DNA of 64,000 bases, taken from assembly GCA_000934665.2 (NCBI GenBank), contig KZ538554.1, positions 1-64,000 on the forward strand, given 5' to 3'. Both the position numbers and the translations under genes were made by a program. Positions 12,563 through 26,187 of the stretch are shown piece by piece (within the stretch, counting starts at the first letter, position 1; each line of letters opens with the position of its first letter). The notes under the pieces were generated by a model. That model was not told the DNA's origin and did no database searches. It saw nothing but the letters and a program-made list of their open reading frames with translations. The stretch comes from Catajapyx aquilonaris (Eukaryota).

Positions 12563-15500
12563 ACAACTACCTCCATGATTCAAATTAGCCTAGCTATTTC
12601 GAAAGCGTGAATATGTAAAGGGCAAATCTTATCCCAAAAGTAGCTGGCAGCATTTATACAGTACTAGCTGTGAGTCCAGAACAGTGAGCAGGAAAAGTGG
12701 TCAGCTTTTGGGCGGTGAGAAACGTAAGCGAGTGGAACAAAGTCGAATACGGCATTCCCAGCGAGGGAGTTCCATTAGTTGCAGGACGTGTGTAAGTTAC
12801 ATCCTGTAGTGCAGATAATCAGAGTGGGGCAGGCGAGCAGCAGTTAAATGAAATGGTGGTGGCGCCAAACATCTAGTGACGCGGCTATGTATTCCCGCTA
12901 TCATGGGCTTCACCGCTCCCACACATTCCCACATCGATAGATAGATAGTCTGTTGGTCGCACCCAGCCGCACATTCATTTCCATGCAGATGAACAACAAT
13001 GGCCAGGACCACTCTCTCCCTCTCTTATCTCTAGCCTGTGTGTATTCTGCACCGGCTCTTTGTTTACGCTCCCTACCGCCATTTCGTTTTCATGACCACA
13101 TTTCACACTCCAGCTTGCAATTGGAAAGCTATCTGCAGAGCGGCGCAAATGCGGCGCGGCCAAAATTTCGGCCGGCCAAGGAAGTGCGAATACATTTTCG
13201 GGTTTGGAAATGATGGCCAGCCAGTGCTTGTGAATAATCAGAGGCAGGCAGGCGGGCAAGTGGGTGGGTGGGTGGGGTCCTTGGCCCCTTCGTACATAAT
13301 GGTGCGGTGCGGAATTCTCGCACTCCACCCCCCATGCCAAAGAGCAAGTTCCCGTATAATTAAACCCTCGGCGTATACACGCAGTATTTCATTGATCGTA
13401 GCTTTGCAATCAAGCTGTTGCAAAGGTGGCAGGTAATGAAGACGTGTTGCCGCCAAGACTGGCATGGCCAAGGATGGGAATCATGCTGAAAAGAGGCCAC
13501 TTTGTTCTAATCAAGTCTTGCAATTAAATGGCAACATTTCACATCATAAAGTGTACCACGCAGGCTGCCTAACAATGACAACCAGGTTGCAGCGCCCTGT
13601 GAAGAGGTGGTCACGAAAGGTGCGGTGATGACTACATTAGTGCTTTTTCTGATGCTCTCCCTTTCCATCCCCCAAGCGGGAAGAGATGGCCGGTTGGGAG
13701 GTTGGGGTCCTGATAAATCATAATTATTATCCTGCTAGCCAGTCCCCGCTCTGGAAGGAGGGGAAGGAGGGGGGGGGGAGAGAGAGAGAGAAAGACCTCG
13801 TTTTTGCAGGTGCTAATCACTGTAATTTGGAGTTGCGGCCAGTCACGGCTAATCGGCAGGAAGGACTGAAACCTTCAGCAGATCCTCACTGCTTCGGCTA
13901 TGATGAGCCATTTTCCACAAGATTGCTGGGATGGTGTTGCCTACGGGAGGAGTTTAGTTGTGTTTGATTGGGGGAAGTTCGTACCTGCGATACAGATCAG
14001 GATGTTTCGAGTGCGACAGCGTGTGTGTGGTGTTGGCCGTTTGAGTCACCCGGGCCCTGGCTGAAATCAGCGAGCTGCCATCTGTTGGAGGCGTCATTAC
14101 ATCACGCTCATCCCTTCCTGCAGGCAGACACGTGGCGCCATAAAAGAACGTATGGTCCCCGTGTGCCCTGTCCTTAATCCAAACAGATGACTTGTCGCCT
14201 TGCCAGGCCATAACTCGCCAGTCGGCAACTTTCTTCATCACTGCAGGCCGGCTTCTAGGATGGGCCCTTTTCTCCTTTGGATGGACATGGGGAGGGATTT
14301 AGAGGGCACGTGGGTAGGCTGCCCCCAACCACACCCAGCTCTTCAGGATATTGGAATCTGGGGATCTCTGTACGTTTCCAATACTTCCGGAAAGTGCCTG
14401 CTTCCTACTAGGATTGTCAGCTGGGACCGTTTTCATCGGAATTGCTTTTACGCCTATGAAATGGGATGAGTGCACTTCCAAGTCAAACGTTGACGCTGAC
14501 ATCTTCCACCCTGCTCCCTCTCAGCGCCCAGAATCCCAAAAATCCCTATATCAGTGTCATTGTACACAGGTCGTACATGACTTTTGCGTGATAACAAGTA
14601 AAGCATGAGGTAAAGCAGTTACATCCACCCTGGTTGGCTGGAAGAAGTAGTCGAGCCTCAACGTGACTTTGTTCAAGGCTATCCCTTACTAGTCCCGATG
14701 TGTGAGCCCGGCGGTTTTGAGAACCGATCCTATAGAATACAGTTCCGGCGAAGGCGTGTCAACACTATGATAAATTAATCCTAGCCGCCATATTTCTTCT
14801 CATTATGCCCGCCTGAAAGCGATGCATTATCGTGTCATTTTCACTATTAATAAATTACTTAGTCGCAGCCCATAGCTCAAAAGGAGTTGCCATTCCCACC
14901 ACGCCTGCCCCATCGTGTCGTCCTATTATGGGTCGATTTTAATCAGGCAAACGCGCATTTGCTTTCCTATTAAATCTAACTATGCCATACGTATCCCAAT
15001 TGACTCTTTGCTATCCGTTTCATTGCATGCGAGCCAGGGGTGGAGGCCCCCTGTTCGGGTGCATGGCTGCATTACGCATTACAGCAGGGGTTTCCCGGGA
15101 TGGGATCAAATTAGCTGACGATCCGTTTCCAGTAGGCTTTTCGCATGAATTATGTAGTGCAAAAAATGTTGGTTCACCCCAGAGCCTCGCTAATCCAAGA
15201 TTTGCATTGTGGCATAGGCGATTCATCCTCGCGGTGGTAATATGCCGTGATAAGTTGCAAAGCGTGAAATGGAGTGAGTTTTTGCTAATACGGATGTCAA
15301 GTGAGAGAGGAAATGTTGATCCCAGTACGTGGACGCCAAGTCCGGTAATTAATGAACTGAGCTGTTAGTGTTCAGCCACGAAATCAAAGCATTGGAAGTA
15401 CTCGACTGGCTATACAGTTAGGTAGGTCACATATAGCCTACTCGACAAAAAAAAAATATTGATTACGCATTTTATACTAATTGTGGTTAAATGTCACGGC

Positions 15501-17860
15501 CTGTATTATTAGATCCGAACGGTACATTAGCTACACATACTGTACTAGCACCACCCCCAGTAGAGTATGTCATAACTGTAATTTTCATAATATTTCAAAT
15601 GCAAAATAACACATTTCTGTATGACCGTAACGCGGCAGTCTTTCACACTTCCTGCGCTTTCGTCCATCCATTTCTGTAATGAAACGTAGGAAGTGTGCCT
15701 GTAAGGGAAAGACTGGGAGCTTTTATCTCCCATGATTTAGCCGAGACGCTGAGAGAAAAAGAAGTCGTCTATCTTCCCTTCCTCTCCCGCACTTCTTCCA
15801 TTTACTCCATTGCTGCCTGCTGTTCTTACATCACCAACGCCCAGAACAAGAGTAAACAGAACTAATCAGTTTCCCTTTGAGCAGCTTCCTACATCCTTGG
15901 GCCGACCGGCAGAGTTTGGTTTTGTTATTATGGGTTATTGTCCTCTCGGAGATGAGAGAAGTAAACTTGAGGAGTGTTCGGGCGCAGCACAAATAACATC
16001 ACCGAGGTGCACACAACTTCCAGTGAAGGATTACAACGATCCAAGGATGCTTCCCCGTTCCCCCACCCAGAAACCTCTCCTCTCCCTTAGCGTCTCGACT
16101 CTCAGGAGTCAGTTCGGAGACACCAGAGGCAGCTTCTGCACTGTAACACGAAAGAAATTAATTGCGGCAATGGGGGAAAATAATATAGCTATCGTTTCCG
16201 CGAAACAGGGTCGTTTCCCCACAACTGCAGAGTGTTTCTGATGTTCTCTGCTTCATGAAGTGAAAAGGTTTTGGCTGCACAGGCTAGGGCGATCGATGCA
16301 GGCCAACAAAGTTTGCATAGAATGAAACACCTGTTGACATCAGACCTTAGGGTCTATTTGCATTAGTGCTGCTAGCCGGATTTCCGCACTAGGTGCCGAG
16401 TGCGAATGCAAGCTGCTGCTGTGCAGGCATGATGGAACCTGCTGCTGCTGCCACTGGTAGCGATCATACCCGGAGCAATATCGATAAATGGAGCTGACCA
16501 TCTAGTGGAAGACGGGGTGAATGACTCGTGACGCATATTGTTGTCTGACAAAGGCGAACAGGTATGAAAGGCAATGGTGGCGTAGAGCAGAGGAAATGGG
16601 CCTTGGCGCGATGGCACGAAACACACTTGGCGATTCTGATCGCGTCTCAGGGACGAGCGTGCGACAAATCACTGAAACTGCTGTGATGGGGAGGGGAAGA
16701 GTTTGTCCGATAGGATTCCAAAGGGAGGAATCGTTGGTGGGGGGTGATAAATAAGATGACCGTAGGCGAGGAAGAGAATCTATGAGCAACTCTGGGAATG
16801 GAACACTCGCAGCCAATACTAACTCTGCCTCAACCTAAGCTTCATTTCAGTGATGGAAGTGCCCGTGAGACCCCTAACTTGCACTGTGTATTACTCCACT
16901 GTCCGTTTTCCGATCGGGTCTCTATTTATGGTGCTGGCAGCAGGTACAGTGCACCATGTGCCTCAACGCTCCAGATGCCAACTTATTCAGAAAAGTTGGG
17001 CCCATGCTGGATAGAGTCTTCCTTCACTTGGAAAAACGTAGCCGGGTAGTACAACAGGTTTTTAGAGAATCCTTGCCGCGTGCGTGTGGAAAATCCGGTG
17101 CGTGCAACGGAGTTACAGATAGTGACCTCGACAAGAGGCATGTTCGAGTCATATTTATTGAGGTGATAAGGGCGTACATCAAGATAGTGACCTGGAGTTA
17201 CCATGCAGAAGCCCACCAGGGGAACTATTTTCTCATCAGGGCCTGTAGATTGGAGCGCCCCTTTGGAGATTCAGCAACCGACCACCAATTAATTAACAAG
17301 AAGGTTTCCGTTGTATCTTAGTTTGGTAATAAACTAGTCGGAATGGTATAATTAGTGTGGGCTGGATACGGAGCGCCGACGGCTCTATATCACCGCTCTG
17401 AGCCTGATGAGAGAAAATGAGCTATTCATTACGCCCCGTTCTCCTGATGCAAAGTCCTTGGGTGCACGACAAGGATTACGCCAAATGCAGCGCCGCCAGC
17501 CCGGACTCAACCAGGGGTTATCAAAGTGGACATTCCTGCGTGCCAACTCCCAAAAGGTGCAGATGTCACATACCGTACATGTAGCGTGTCACGTCAGGTT
17601 AAGTTATATTCCTCTGAACGCTTTCTTACATGCACGACAGATAGCATTCAAATGTGAGCAAAGTAGGTGCTTTCAAACAGCCTTCTTTCTAACATGACGT
17701 TGCACTCAGCTTCACCTCAAAGGTACTGTATCCTACAGCAAGCTTCAAAAAGCCTCCGCTCATCGCACTGCACTTTACGAGTCTTACTTTTCAACATGCA
17801 AATCAGCAGACTTGATAATTATGGCCGCTCATGTAATACAGCACTTGGTTGCTCAGAAAA

Positions 17861-18248
17861 TACAGGGTGTTCCAATTGAAGTGTCAGTCTTAGCCAGTTT
17901 TTGGCATTAAGCTGTTTGTTTTTAACAAATTGCTTTTGAATAATTACTTTTAGTGGTTATAAAAAAGTGGCTGGTAATATTGGGTTGTCTGAACTCATCC
18001 TGTTTCACGCCTGCGACGTGGGCTAGCGTGCAAACAATGGGTTCATTCATTGAAGTTCGATGTCTATTGTTCCAGTGGACCGTTCCCAATCGGAAATTCA
18101 TTGCAATTTTGAGCGGAGTATAGAGATGATTAAATTCGACCGAATATTAGCAGCTAATACTTTCGATAAGAGCTATATGTAGCTTCTAATATAAGCAGCT
18201 TTGTGCCAAAAAATTTCAAACTAAATATTTCAATGGGAACATCCTGTA
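17861..18248. mobile_element. Tc1/mariner-type MITE
   Basis: TIRs TACAGGGTGTTCCAATTGAA and TTCAATGGGAACATCCTGTA with TA ends, plus weaker subterminal complementarity (TTTTTGGCA..AAGCTG with CAGCTT..TGCCAAAAA). Confidence 0.8.
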
Positions 18249-18436
18249 TATCTACTGTATAAGTGACTCACGTGATTAAGAGCAACTTTTCATTGCTGCA
18301 CATGACAAGATAATATACTGCGTCAGCCGAATCTCACACACTCTATAAACCCATAATCAAATACGCCATCATCAGCCAAGTTATTTTCATATAATTGCGC
18401 AGCCTGAAAGAGGCAATGAGCTTTTCATATAACGGG

Positions 18437-20721
18437 TTTATTTACTGCAAAATGTCAACCATGAGTAATAAGAATTGAAAAGGTCATACTGTTTATATAC
18501 TAGACTAGCGTTTCTTGTGCAACTTAATCTCTTGCGAGAAGCATTATAATAATAAGCATCTGCTTGGTGAATCGTATAGACCAGGCTGGCTCTATACAGT
18601 CTCTAGAATGCGTTTTATTTTCAAATGAGAAAGAAAATTCCTCTTATTGTGTACGCAAAAATCCTCCTATATTGTGATCAACCATAAGGCGTATAGCAAC
18701 CTTTCTGCAGCACAAACGATTTTTTTTTTTGCTCTCGTTTCTAAAATACCGTAAGATGTCACTCAGCCTTGGCTTGTTGAGCTTTACCTACGCACTAAAT
18801 AAAATAATTATACAGTACAGTATACTTCCTACCAATATCGGATAACAAAGGCTCTGGAGCTGATGATAATCCCCAATGCACACAATAGCATGAGCGTTAC
18901 AGTGTATAATTAGTTCAAAAATTCATTTAGTGGCTGCATACAATGCATAGTTAACAATGTTCTGCAAAGTTACAGTTAATATTCATCGTACAGTGTCAGG
19001 ACACGTCGCATTTGTAAGCTTGCCTCTCTGCTTTCGACATTACAATTTGATTGGACTTGAAATAATTTATATTGGTGCGTAGTAACACGAACATGTAGGG
19101 GCATGGCCTCTAGTGCTTTAATCAATTTTGCATAATCGCTGCTATGGGAATTCTTCAGCGTCAACCAACGCAACCGCGTAAACAAGTCAACTTGTCGGCA
19201 TACGTGAGTGGATTGTAACAGAATATGTTACACCAAGTATGCAAGTTATCCTTTTTTTCTATTATTTCGGTGTTCACCAACCTGTGATTTTGTTATCCTA
19301 TAGCAAGCTGGCTTATGGGAACAGATAAAAAGCATGTACGGCTGGGCAACTATGGACAGTATTTTCACATTATTTATGCTCTGCATACACAAAGAGAAAG
19401 TTAATGCGTCACTCCTTTGGCAATCTTGAACTAATAATGATTACGTATAACAAGTATGTCCACATTCTCGGCCTACTGTGTAAAAAAACCAATTCACATA
19501 CCAATACACCTGCATACTGCGGATGAGAATATGCAGGCATATGCCTTGCAAAGCTGAAGAATTACAACCCACTGTAGAGGCGTATTGGAACCATGTAAAA
19601 CATGGTAACATCCTCTTTATCCCTAATTCCACAGCTTACGTAGGTGGCATCAATGATTAACCGAGTGTAAGACAAAAAATCCAAAATGACATGGGGCACC
19701 CACACGCAAAGCCAGTAAGCTTCGAAGCTTTGCAAAATATTTCCACCTCATCTTCCAAATGAGCAGGCAACAATCGCTGAACTGTGATTCACTTAGCAGC
19801 TCAGCTATCAGGGATTTCATCATTAATGCTGCGGCTAGAGGCAACTAGGGTTTGAGGCCGACTGTAGAGCCCGTGTTTGAATACGTGAAATGCACACCCC
19901 CGCTTCCCAACACCCCCTTGCATGGCACATTTTCTGTCCCGTCCTGCATTCGCAAATTCCCATTAGCTCGTTCGTTCCACGTTCAACTCTGGGTCACGCT
20001 CGCAATTTTAGTTTTTTTTTTTGTGCACAACATTCCACTCTGCTGCAGCTAGTCAACAATGCACCAAACTGATTAAAGTAAGTCACGATCAAAAAATGGT
20101 GCAGAAGGGAACGAAGGCTTACTGCAGAGTACACGTGCCTGCAGGAAGGTCCCAAAAAAAGTGAAATAAAATGGTCGCGTAGAGAAAAGGCGCTCACCTT
20201 TTGGAATCAGGGTCCTTGAAGTCAGTGGATGGTACTCGGGGCCTGGTAGAGCTATTCACTTGGGTATCGCTGAATGGCGTGGAGTAGGTTGCGCTTGGGT
20301 GAAATTGAGTGCAGGGCAAACAGGAGGAGGAGAAATAGAAGGATGTGACTAGCATTTGCTGCTGCCTTTGTTGAGCGCACTTGTGTCCACTCGGGGGAAG
20401 AAGTGGCGGAGGTTCTGCCTAAGTTCGGGTCAGACAGACTTACTGACTGATTTGAGAGAGAGTCCGGCAGCCATCATCAGTCAGCCTCAAGTGCTCTAAT
20501 TCTACATTCTGGGAATGACTCAACTGGTTGTGAATTTAGTGCACTTGAAGGAACGCTTGGAAGCAACCGCACTACGTCCACCACATTCACTGAAGCGCGG
20601 TCTGAAGAAGAAGAATAAGCAGTAGAAGAGGTCCTCACCAACGGGACACCACGCCAGTGGCCTGGAAGCGGCGGCAGTGGTCTCGGCGGATGCTGCCTCT
20701 AGTTGGGGCTGTCCGCACGTA
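18437..20721 (-). other. Putative 3' UTR of the membrane-protein gene
   Basis: It follows the stop codon and becomes progressively AT-rich. Minus-strand AATAAA hexamers lie at 18614-18619 and 18437-18442. The true end is unknown. Confidence 0.35.
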
Positions 20722-21701
20722 TCACACGTACTCAGAGGGCACGGGTGACAAGGAGGCGCGGTCGGAGGGCAAGGGTTCCGGAGAGGTCCTGACCACTGGA
20801 ATACCGCGCCATTGCCTGCTAGGTAGCGGCGGCAGAGGTCTCCCAGATGACTGCCTCTCGTGCAGCCGGCCGGGGCTGTCCGGCACCTGGAGATTATCTG
20901 GATCCACCTCCAGCTGCATCGGCATCAGGTCGCGACACCCCCGTCCCGACATTCTCTCCAGCGAGTCATCCTCGTCCAGATCAACCACACCCACACTGGC
21001 ACCACCGTTGCTCGCACCCGCCCCCTGCATCTGCACCACCCCGCACCCCCTCCGGTCCTTCTTCTTCTTCCTGGTCTGCTGCAATTGCACATCCCTATGG
21101 TAATGTCGGTTGTCCGTACTCGACAAGTCTGAATAGTACGCACTGCTGGGAGTGGACGCACTCCCGGTGCTCGAATCCAGCGGTCCGTCTATCACATACG
21201 CCGCGTTTTCGTACGTACCATCTGAGAAGAGGCGCCGGAGTTCGCTCACCGCCGCACCCACGCCAGCACCTACCCCTGAGGACGGCTCTGGGATTTCCGA
21301 ATAAGTGTTGAGGGAGTAGGGCCGGTGGGCGCCGCTGCTGTGTGAGGTCGACACGCTGTTTAGCTCGGCGTACACGGCGCTTCCGGTGTCGCCCACGGCG
21401 GCGCAGCTGGCGTACGGCTCCTCGCAATAACTATTCTCCTCGGAGCCAGGCGTTCCCGGAGGCCTCAGAGGACGCTCGGGGCTGGAGCCTCGCTTCCAGA
21501 GGCGTAGGCGCCATCCTCCGCCGCCTCCGCCACCGCCAGAGGTGGAGCCAGCTGCAGCACCACTGGCGCCGAGGCCGCTCTGGGAGGACGAAGAAGAGGA
21601 AGAATGTGGCGCCGGAAGAGGTGGTGGGGTCTTGTTCGGGTCCGGACGCTCGCTGCTGCTCTTGTTGCCCCACTGGCTGATGGGAAGCACCGGGCACGAC
21701 T
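20722..21701 (-). CDS. Terminal coding exon (cytoplasmic tail, 325 aa plus the split codon) of an uncharacterised single-pass membrane protein
   Basis: This is the longest ORF in the window, GC-rich and protein-like. The acceptor gtgctgtttcag|AGTCGTGC lies at 21702/21701 (phase 1) and the TGA stop at 20722-20724. It reads (E)SCPVLPISQW...RPLPPLP...VPSEYV*. The ORF-track extension 21702-21804 is AT-rich intron. Confidence 0.92.
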
Positions 21702-24700
21702 CTGAAACAGCACCCAAGACATACATGTACTCGCCATATTCACTTGTTTCACATTCATTCAACACAGAACGAGAGCAGATTTTTTTTTTAAATGTCACTG
21801 TCACCGAAGCAAGTCAGATTCATAGAGATTAGTGGGTAAAAGGATTGTTGTTTGAAAAGCTTTCCTCAATAATCACCACACATTGCTGTTGGGATCAATC
21901 ATATTCATAAGATTGCGATAGCAGTTCAGTTCCCTAATACAGCAAGTTTAAATGGAAGTTAGTTTCAGGATCTCACTACAGAATGGTGTACCGGTACTAC
22001 TGCCAAAATCTCCACTTCAAGAGGGAGGTCGAGGAAGAAATAAAAATTGTTCACAACAACACAGTTTAAACAGAAACAGAACAATAGAAGATTTTAAAAA
22101 ATTATGGCCACGATCACTGGTCATTTTGGAAGCTGTTACTTAAACCGGTTGCTGGAGTGAACAATTATTGACCTATACCCCCTCTCTTGAACTGGGGACT
22201 TGGGCAATGCACCACCCTGTATTGAATTGATTGAAGTTTTATCTTTTACATAAGTCATTTAAAAACATTGCACCGTGAAGTTTTCAAATGCTCCATTTTT
22301 ACGCTCATTAACGCGTGCATCGTACAACCTAGAGTCTGGGGGTGTCCGTAAGCGGAACACTTCACACAGCATGTGAATACCACCCAGTTTACGACAAGAG
22401 CTGTCGCGAGTTACGAGACGGTGGCCAAGAATTCCCATCCCACCTAGAAGAAAAATCCGGTTCCAGGATATGAATAAATTGCATCCAATCAAAGCGTGCG
22501 CGTTCCATTCGAGGCACAATGGATGTCACTTTTGGTACCGGTAGATCTCATTAACATACCATCGTGTCCCATTGAGGCTTGGAAAGGAAGACACATGAAC
22601 CAATTATCTATTGGAGGAGAACATTTTCGCTGGAATGAGCCCCATTTTCGGTGAGGGAGCTGGAAGAATCGCATAGGGAAAAACCCGTAATTCAGCCTAG
22701 CCAACACCTTCCAAGTCCCCAATTTTTTGTTTTAATTAGTCCTGCGACAATATTTCTGCCAATAGTGTCCATTTGCGCATGGATAACCTGCCAAAGTCCA
22801 TCACATTACAAACCTCCCGAATACTGGTCTAGCATATGAAGGAAATGAAATCTGATTCAGAATATTTATTATGCTTATCTCCCATTAACATGATTTACCG
22901 CATCCAAAGACACTAATGGCTTCCCCAGAGTAAAATCATGGGGCCCAGAAGAACCGCATTCTCAGAAGGAAGGTTTGTGTCCCCCTACTACTGCTACCAG
23001 TCCCCCACAACTCCCATCCCTCCCCACCCACAGCAGCAGCCGCAGGTCCTGTAACATAAAATATGTGTCTGGAACGCGCCGGAAACAATGGCTGGAAGTC
23101 CCATTTACTCCGCCGAAGACGATTAATTTGCGATGTCTCTCGGCGGCGACTTCTCGGCACCGTTAGTCCTCCTCTCTCATTTTTATTGGCGTATTTGTTT
23201 AAACGGAGAGGGATTTCGTAGAGATGTCGCGGTGTTCATGGACCCAACTAGGAGAAACATGTCAGGCGGGCGTCCTTTTACGTTCAACGTTGCTGACGCT
23301 CTTCGGGCCAGTGTTTTACGTCCCTAACTACAAGAGTCACTCGCATTCCACGCCTTGTCAGCCGGACGATTTTTTTTTTCTCTGGCTTCTCCCAATTCTC
23401 GTTCGATGCTTTGTTTGCCTTAGGGTGTCATGCGGACCAAGAAAAAAGGTCCAAACGACAGGATCCTTACGCCAAATTACACGATCATCCTCCGACAATA
23501 CCATCTGCTATATGCAACGGCTCTACTCGAGATGTGCTACGCAAGCGCAGAGTGTAATCATGAGAAATGAAAAAGTATCAGGCTACTCTGCTACCTTCCG
23601 CTTGTCAGAACTGGTTCCAAATGAGTTGGGAGATCTTCCGGTAACTTCATTACTCAGAAGGTCGGAAGCGCATTCTCACTGTAACATGGAATTAAAATGG
23701 TTCCTCTGTAATCAGTGCTTATTTTCCTCTTGACCCAGTTAATGTAAGGGTGACAGATGCTTACTATTTAGATGAAAGTAACTACAGCGCTCCCTCTAGT
23801 TTTTTCAGTTTCTTTTTTTCGTTTTTTTCCACTTAACAACCTTGTTTGTGCGCGCCTGTTTCATCAAATTGCAATTAGAGCAGGAAGGCCGGCTCATTAC
23901 ATATTTCCCGGAACCTCTTTCCGTCTTATTAACACAAATTACAGGCCAAAGTACATGTCGAGTAATTGGATTTCCATGGTGAAGAAGAGAGGCAATAAAT
24001 CCGGCCGTTTCTTTAAGAAAATTCCAAACAGCTCTTAAACACAGCGGTAATTCCTGGCGACGAAAAGTAGTGCGAGGTTGCCTCTTTACATGAATCTCAC
24101 TTTGTAATTCAAACTTCCTCTTTGGTCCTCAGAAGTTCTCGGGCGTCGCATTGAAAAGACGACGACCCTGGGAAAATGTTGGATGCAATGCAATGCTGGC
24201 AGCAGCCATCTTCCTATAGTAGATGTGCATTAGGAGAATGATATCTTCCCGAAATCCCAAGAGCGCATTGTTTCACCTTCCACATCTGCTGTCTGCTGAA
24301 CTTGGGGTCTTGGACCAAGTCACTTGCATTATTGAATGCTGGTCTGGTCAAAAGAAAGACGGGAGGGCAAAGGAACGGGATATGACGACGCTATTCAAGC
24401 AAACTGCCTGGTGCTTGAGCTGGCTGGGGCTCGCTCAGAGTAAAAGCCTCCCGAGTTCTGGGCATGACGATCTCTAATTGGGCGTGTTCCTTCGGTTGGG
24501 AGCACGTCGTTCAAGCAGATAAGTATTCGCAGTCAGCCTCTTTTGCTGAAATTAAGGGATTTACTTGTTCTGGAGGCTCCAGCGGACCGTTGACAATGCT
24601 ATTCATTGTCTTTTCCAGATATGATCCCGATGCCCAATTTTCATCTTTCCAGAATTCTCGAACTGGATGCTGGGACGAATCAAGTTGGGAGCCAATCCCC

Positions 24701-26187
24701 GTTCGGATGCAATTAAGCAAATAATAGAAACCAGCAGTCTCGAACGAGGATAAAAAACAACGCCTTATTGATATCCTCGATGTGACATCAGAATCAATCC
24801 TGTACACGTGACGCTACTCCGCAAATGGCTTTTTCGAACATATGTTTTAAAATATTAGCATTGCCCCACCCTGTACATAGCGTAGGGGCAAGAACTGGAT
24901 TTAGTGTGGCGCCTAATATATTTGAGAGTGCGAATTCTTTCCTTTCACTACCAGTTCGTTTACCATCTGGATGGACCTCCGAGATCGATTTGATTTATTC
25001 CCGGGCTTGCCCTTTGATGATACTCGTGCTTCTTCAGCGTGAATATACTGCCGACTATACCATTAATACATCACGGTTTTCTGATACGGATCGAAAAAAG
25101 ACCTCGCGTGAAGAAGCCCAGAATGTAGCGCTCAAGTTCAGAACTTGGAAAGTGTAATCATTCCGTATAGAAACCAGTTGTAGGTTTCTTCCAGCAGAAC
25201 CTACTGTTTGAAAACCATAGCACAATTTCTTAGATTTTATTTTTTAACCGGTATCCTGGACACCACCGGTTAGCATTTAGAATAGATTTCGGATTCCACT
25301 TTGAAAAGTAATACTGATAAAGCTGGCGTTAATGAATTCATAGCTGTCGCTCGTCAGGCGTTAAACGGTAGTTAAACAAACATTCTTCCAAGTGTCAGCA
25401 TGTCTAGATAGAACCCTAGTGCCTCCCCTCTCTGGTGGATGGGAGAACCTTGTCATTTCCATCCATAGCAGGGAGCTGTATAATAAGTCAGGGTGGGGTG
25501 GGTTTCCGAGGCCAAGTAGGAAGAATATGCGAATTTGGTTAGTACATACTCTCCGCACTTTTCATCCAATTTCGGTGCGCTCACCAGCTCATAATGAAGC
25601 ATTGACGTGATATTGAAAAGCATGAAATTGTGCAGTCGGGCATGGGAGAGCAAAAAAGACCACTCCCAAACCCTAATTTATCAGTGACTGCTCACACCAG
25701 TGGCCATGGCTGCTTCGTCCGATTTACCCGTGACGTACCCAGTTGTGTAGAGGTCTAGAGACAGGCGTCGAAAAGGGGCCCGAAGATGTGCATAGAGAAT
25801 CAGAATGCCAGTCAGGTTCAACACAATGCATATTCGGTGAATGAACAGGAACTTGCGTTGTTACTACATTCTGCTTCGACAGATGACAAGAAGAAGAAGG
25901 AAAAAATGCTGCTCTCGTCGGTTGTAATAAAATACTTTTATGAGCCGGTACTTGTTATCTTTAAAAAAAAAGAAGGACACAAACAGCAATCTTCTGCGAC
26001 TGAAACAGGCGGTCTGTTAGATACAGATAGGGGAGAAAACGGAGATTTCCTCCCTTCCCCTTGTGTCCCTCCAGGTTTCACCGGATTTCTCCCCTCTGCT
26101 GGTCCCAAGGAGGATCCGGACTCCACGTGAGAAGGGAAGAAAGAAAAAGAAATAAGAAAAAAGAGGACGTAGTCGATGGGCACTTAC

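Noticed and set aside
7000..17800. Known miRNAs or defined enhancers in the intergenic region
   Set aside because: I recognised no conserved arthropod miRNA by eye. Scattered TAATTA, CACGTG and GTGGGAA motifs cannot be distinguished from chance without alignments.
21702..21804. N-terminal part (MTVTFKKKIC...) of the 360-aa ORF
   Set aside because: It lies upstream of a clear splice acceptor, is AT-rich and starts at GTG, so it is intron read-through.
20657..21832. Many overlapping ORFs on both strands
   Set aside because: These are shadows of the GC-rich terminal exon.
21977..22221. Possible old Tc1-type MITE ending CACCACCCTGTA
   Set aside because: Only one convincing terminus; the partner is too degenerate.
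24511..24807. Protein-like 98-aa ORF (...HPVREFWKDENWASG...)
   Set aside because: No good acceptor or phase fit with the gene model, and no family recognised; it could be retested with BLASTX.
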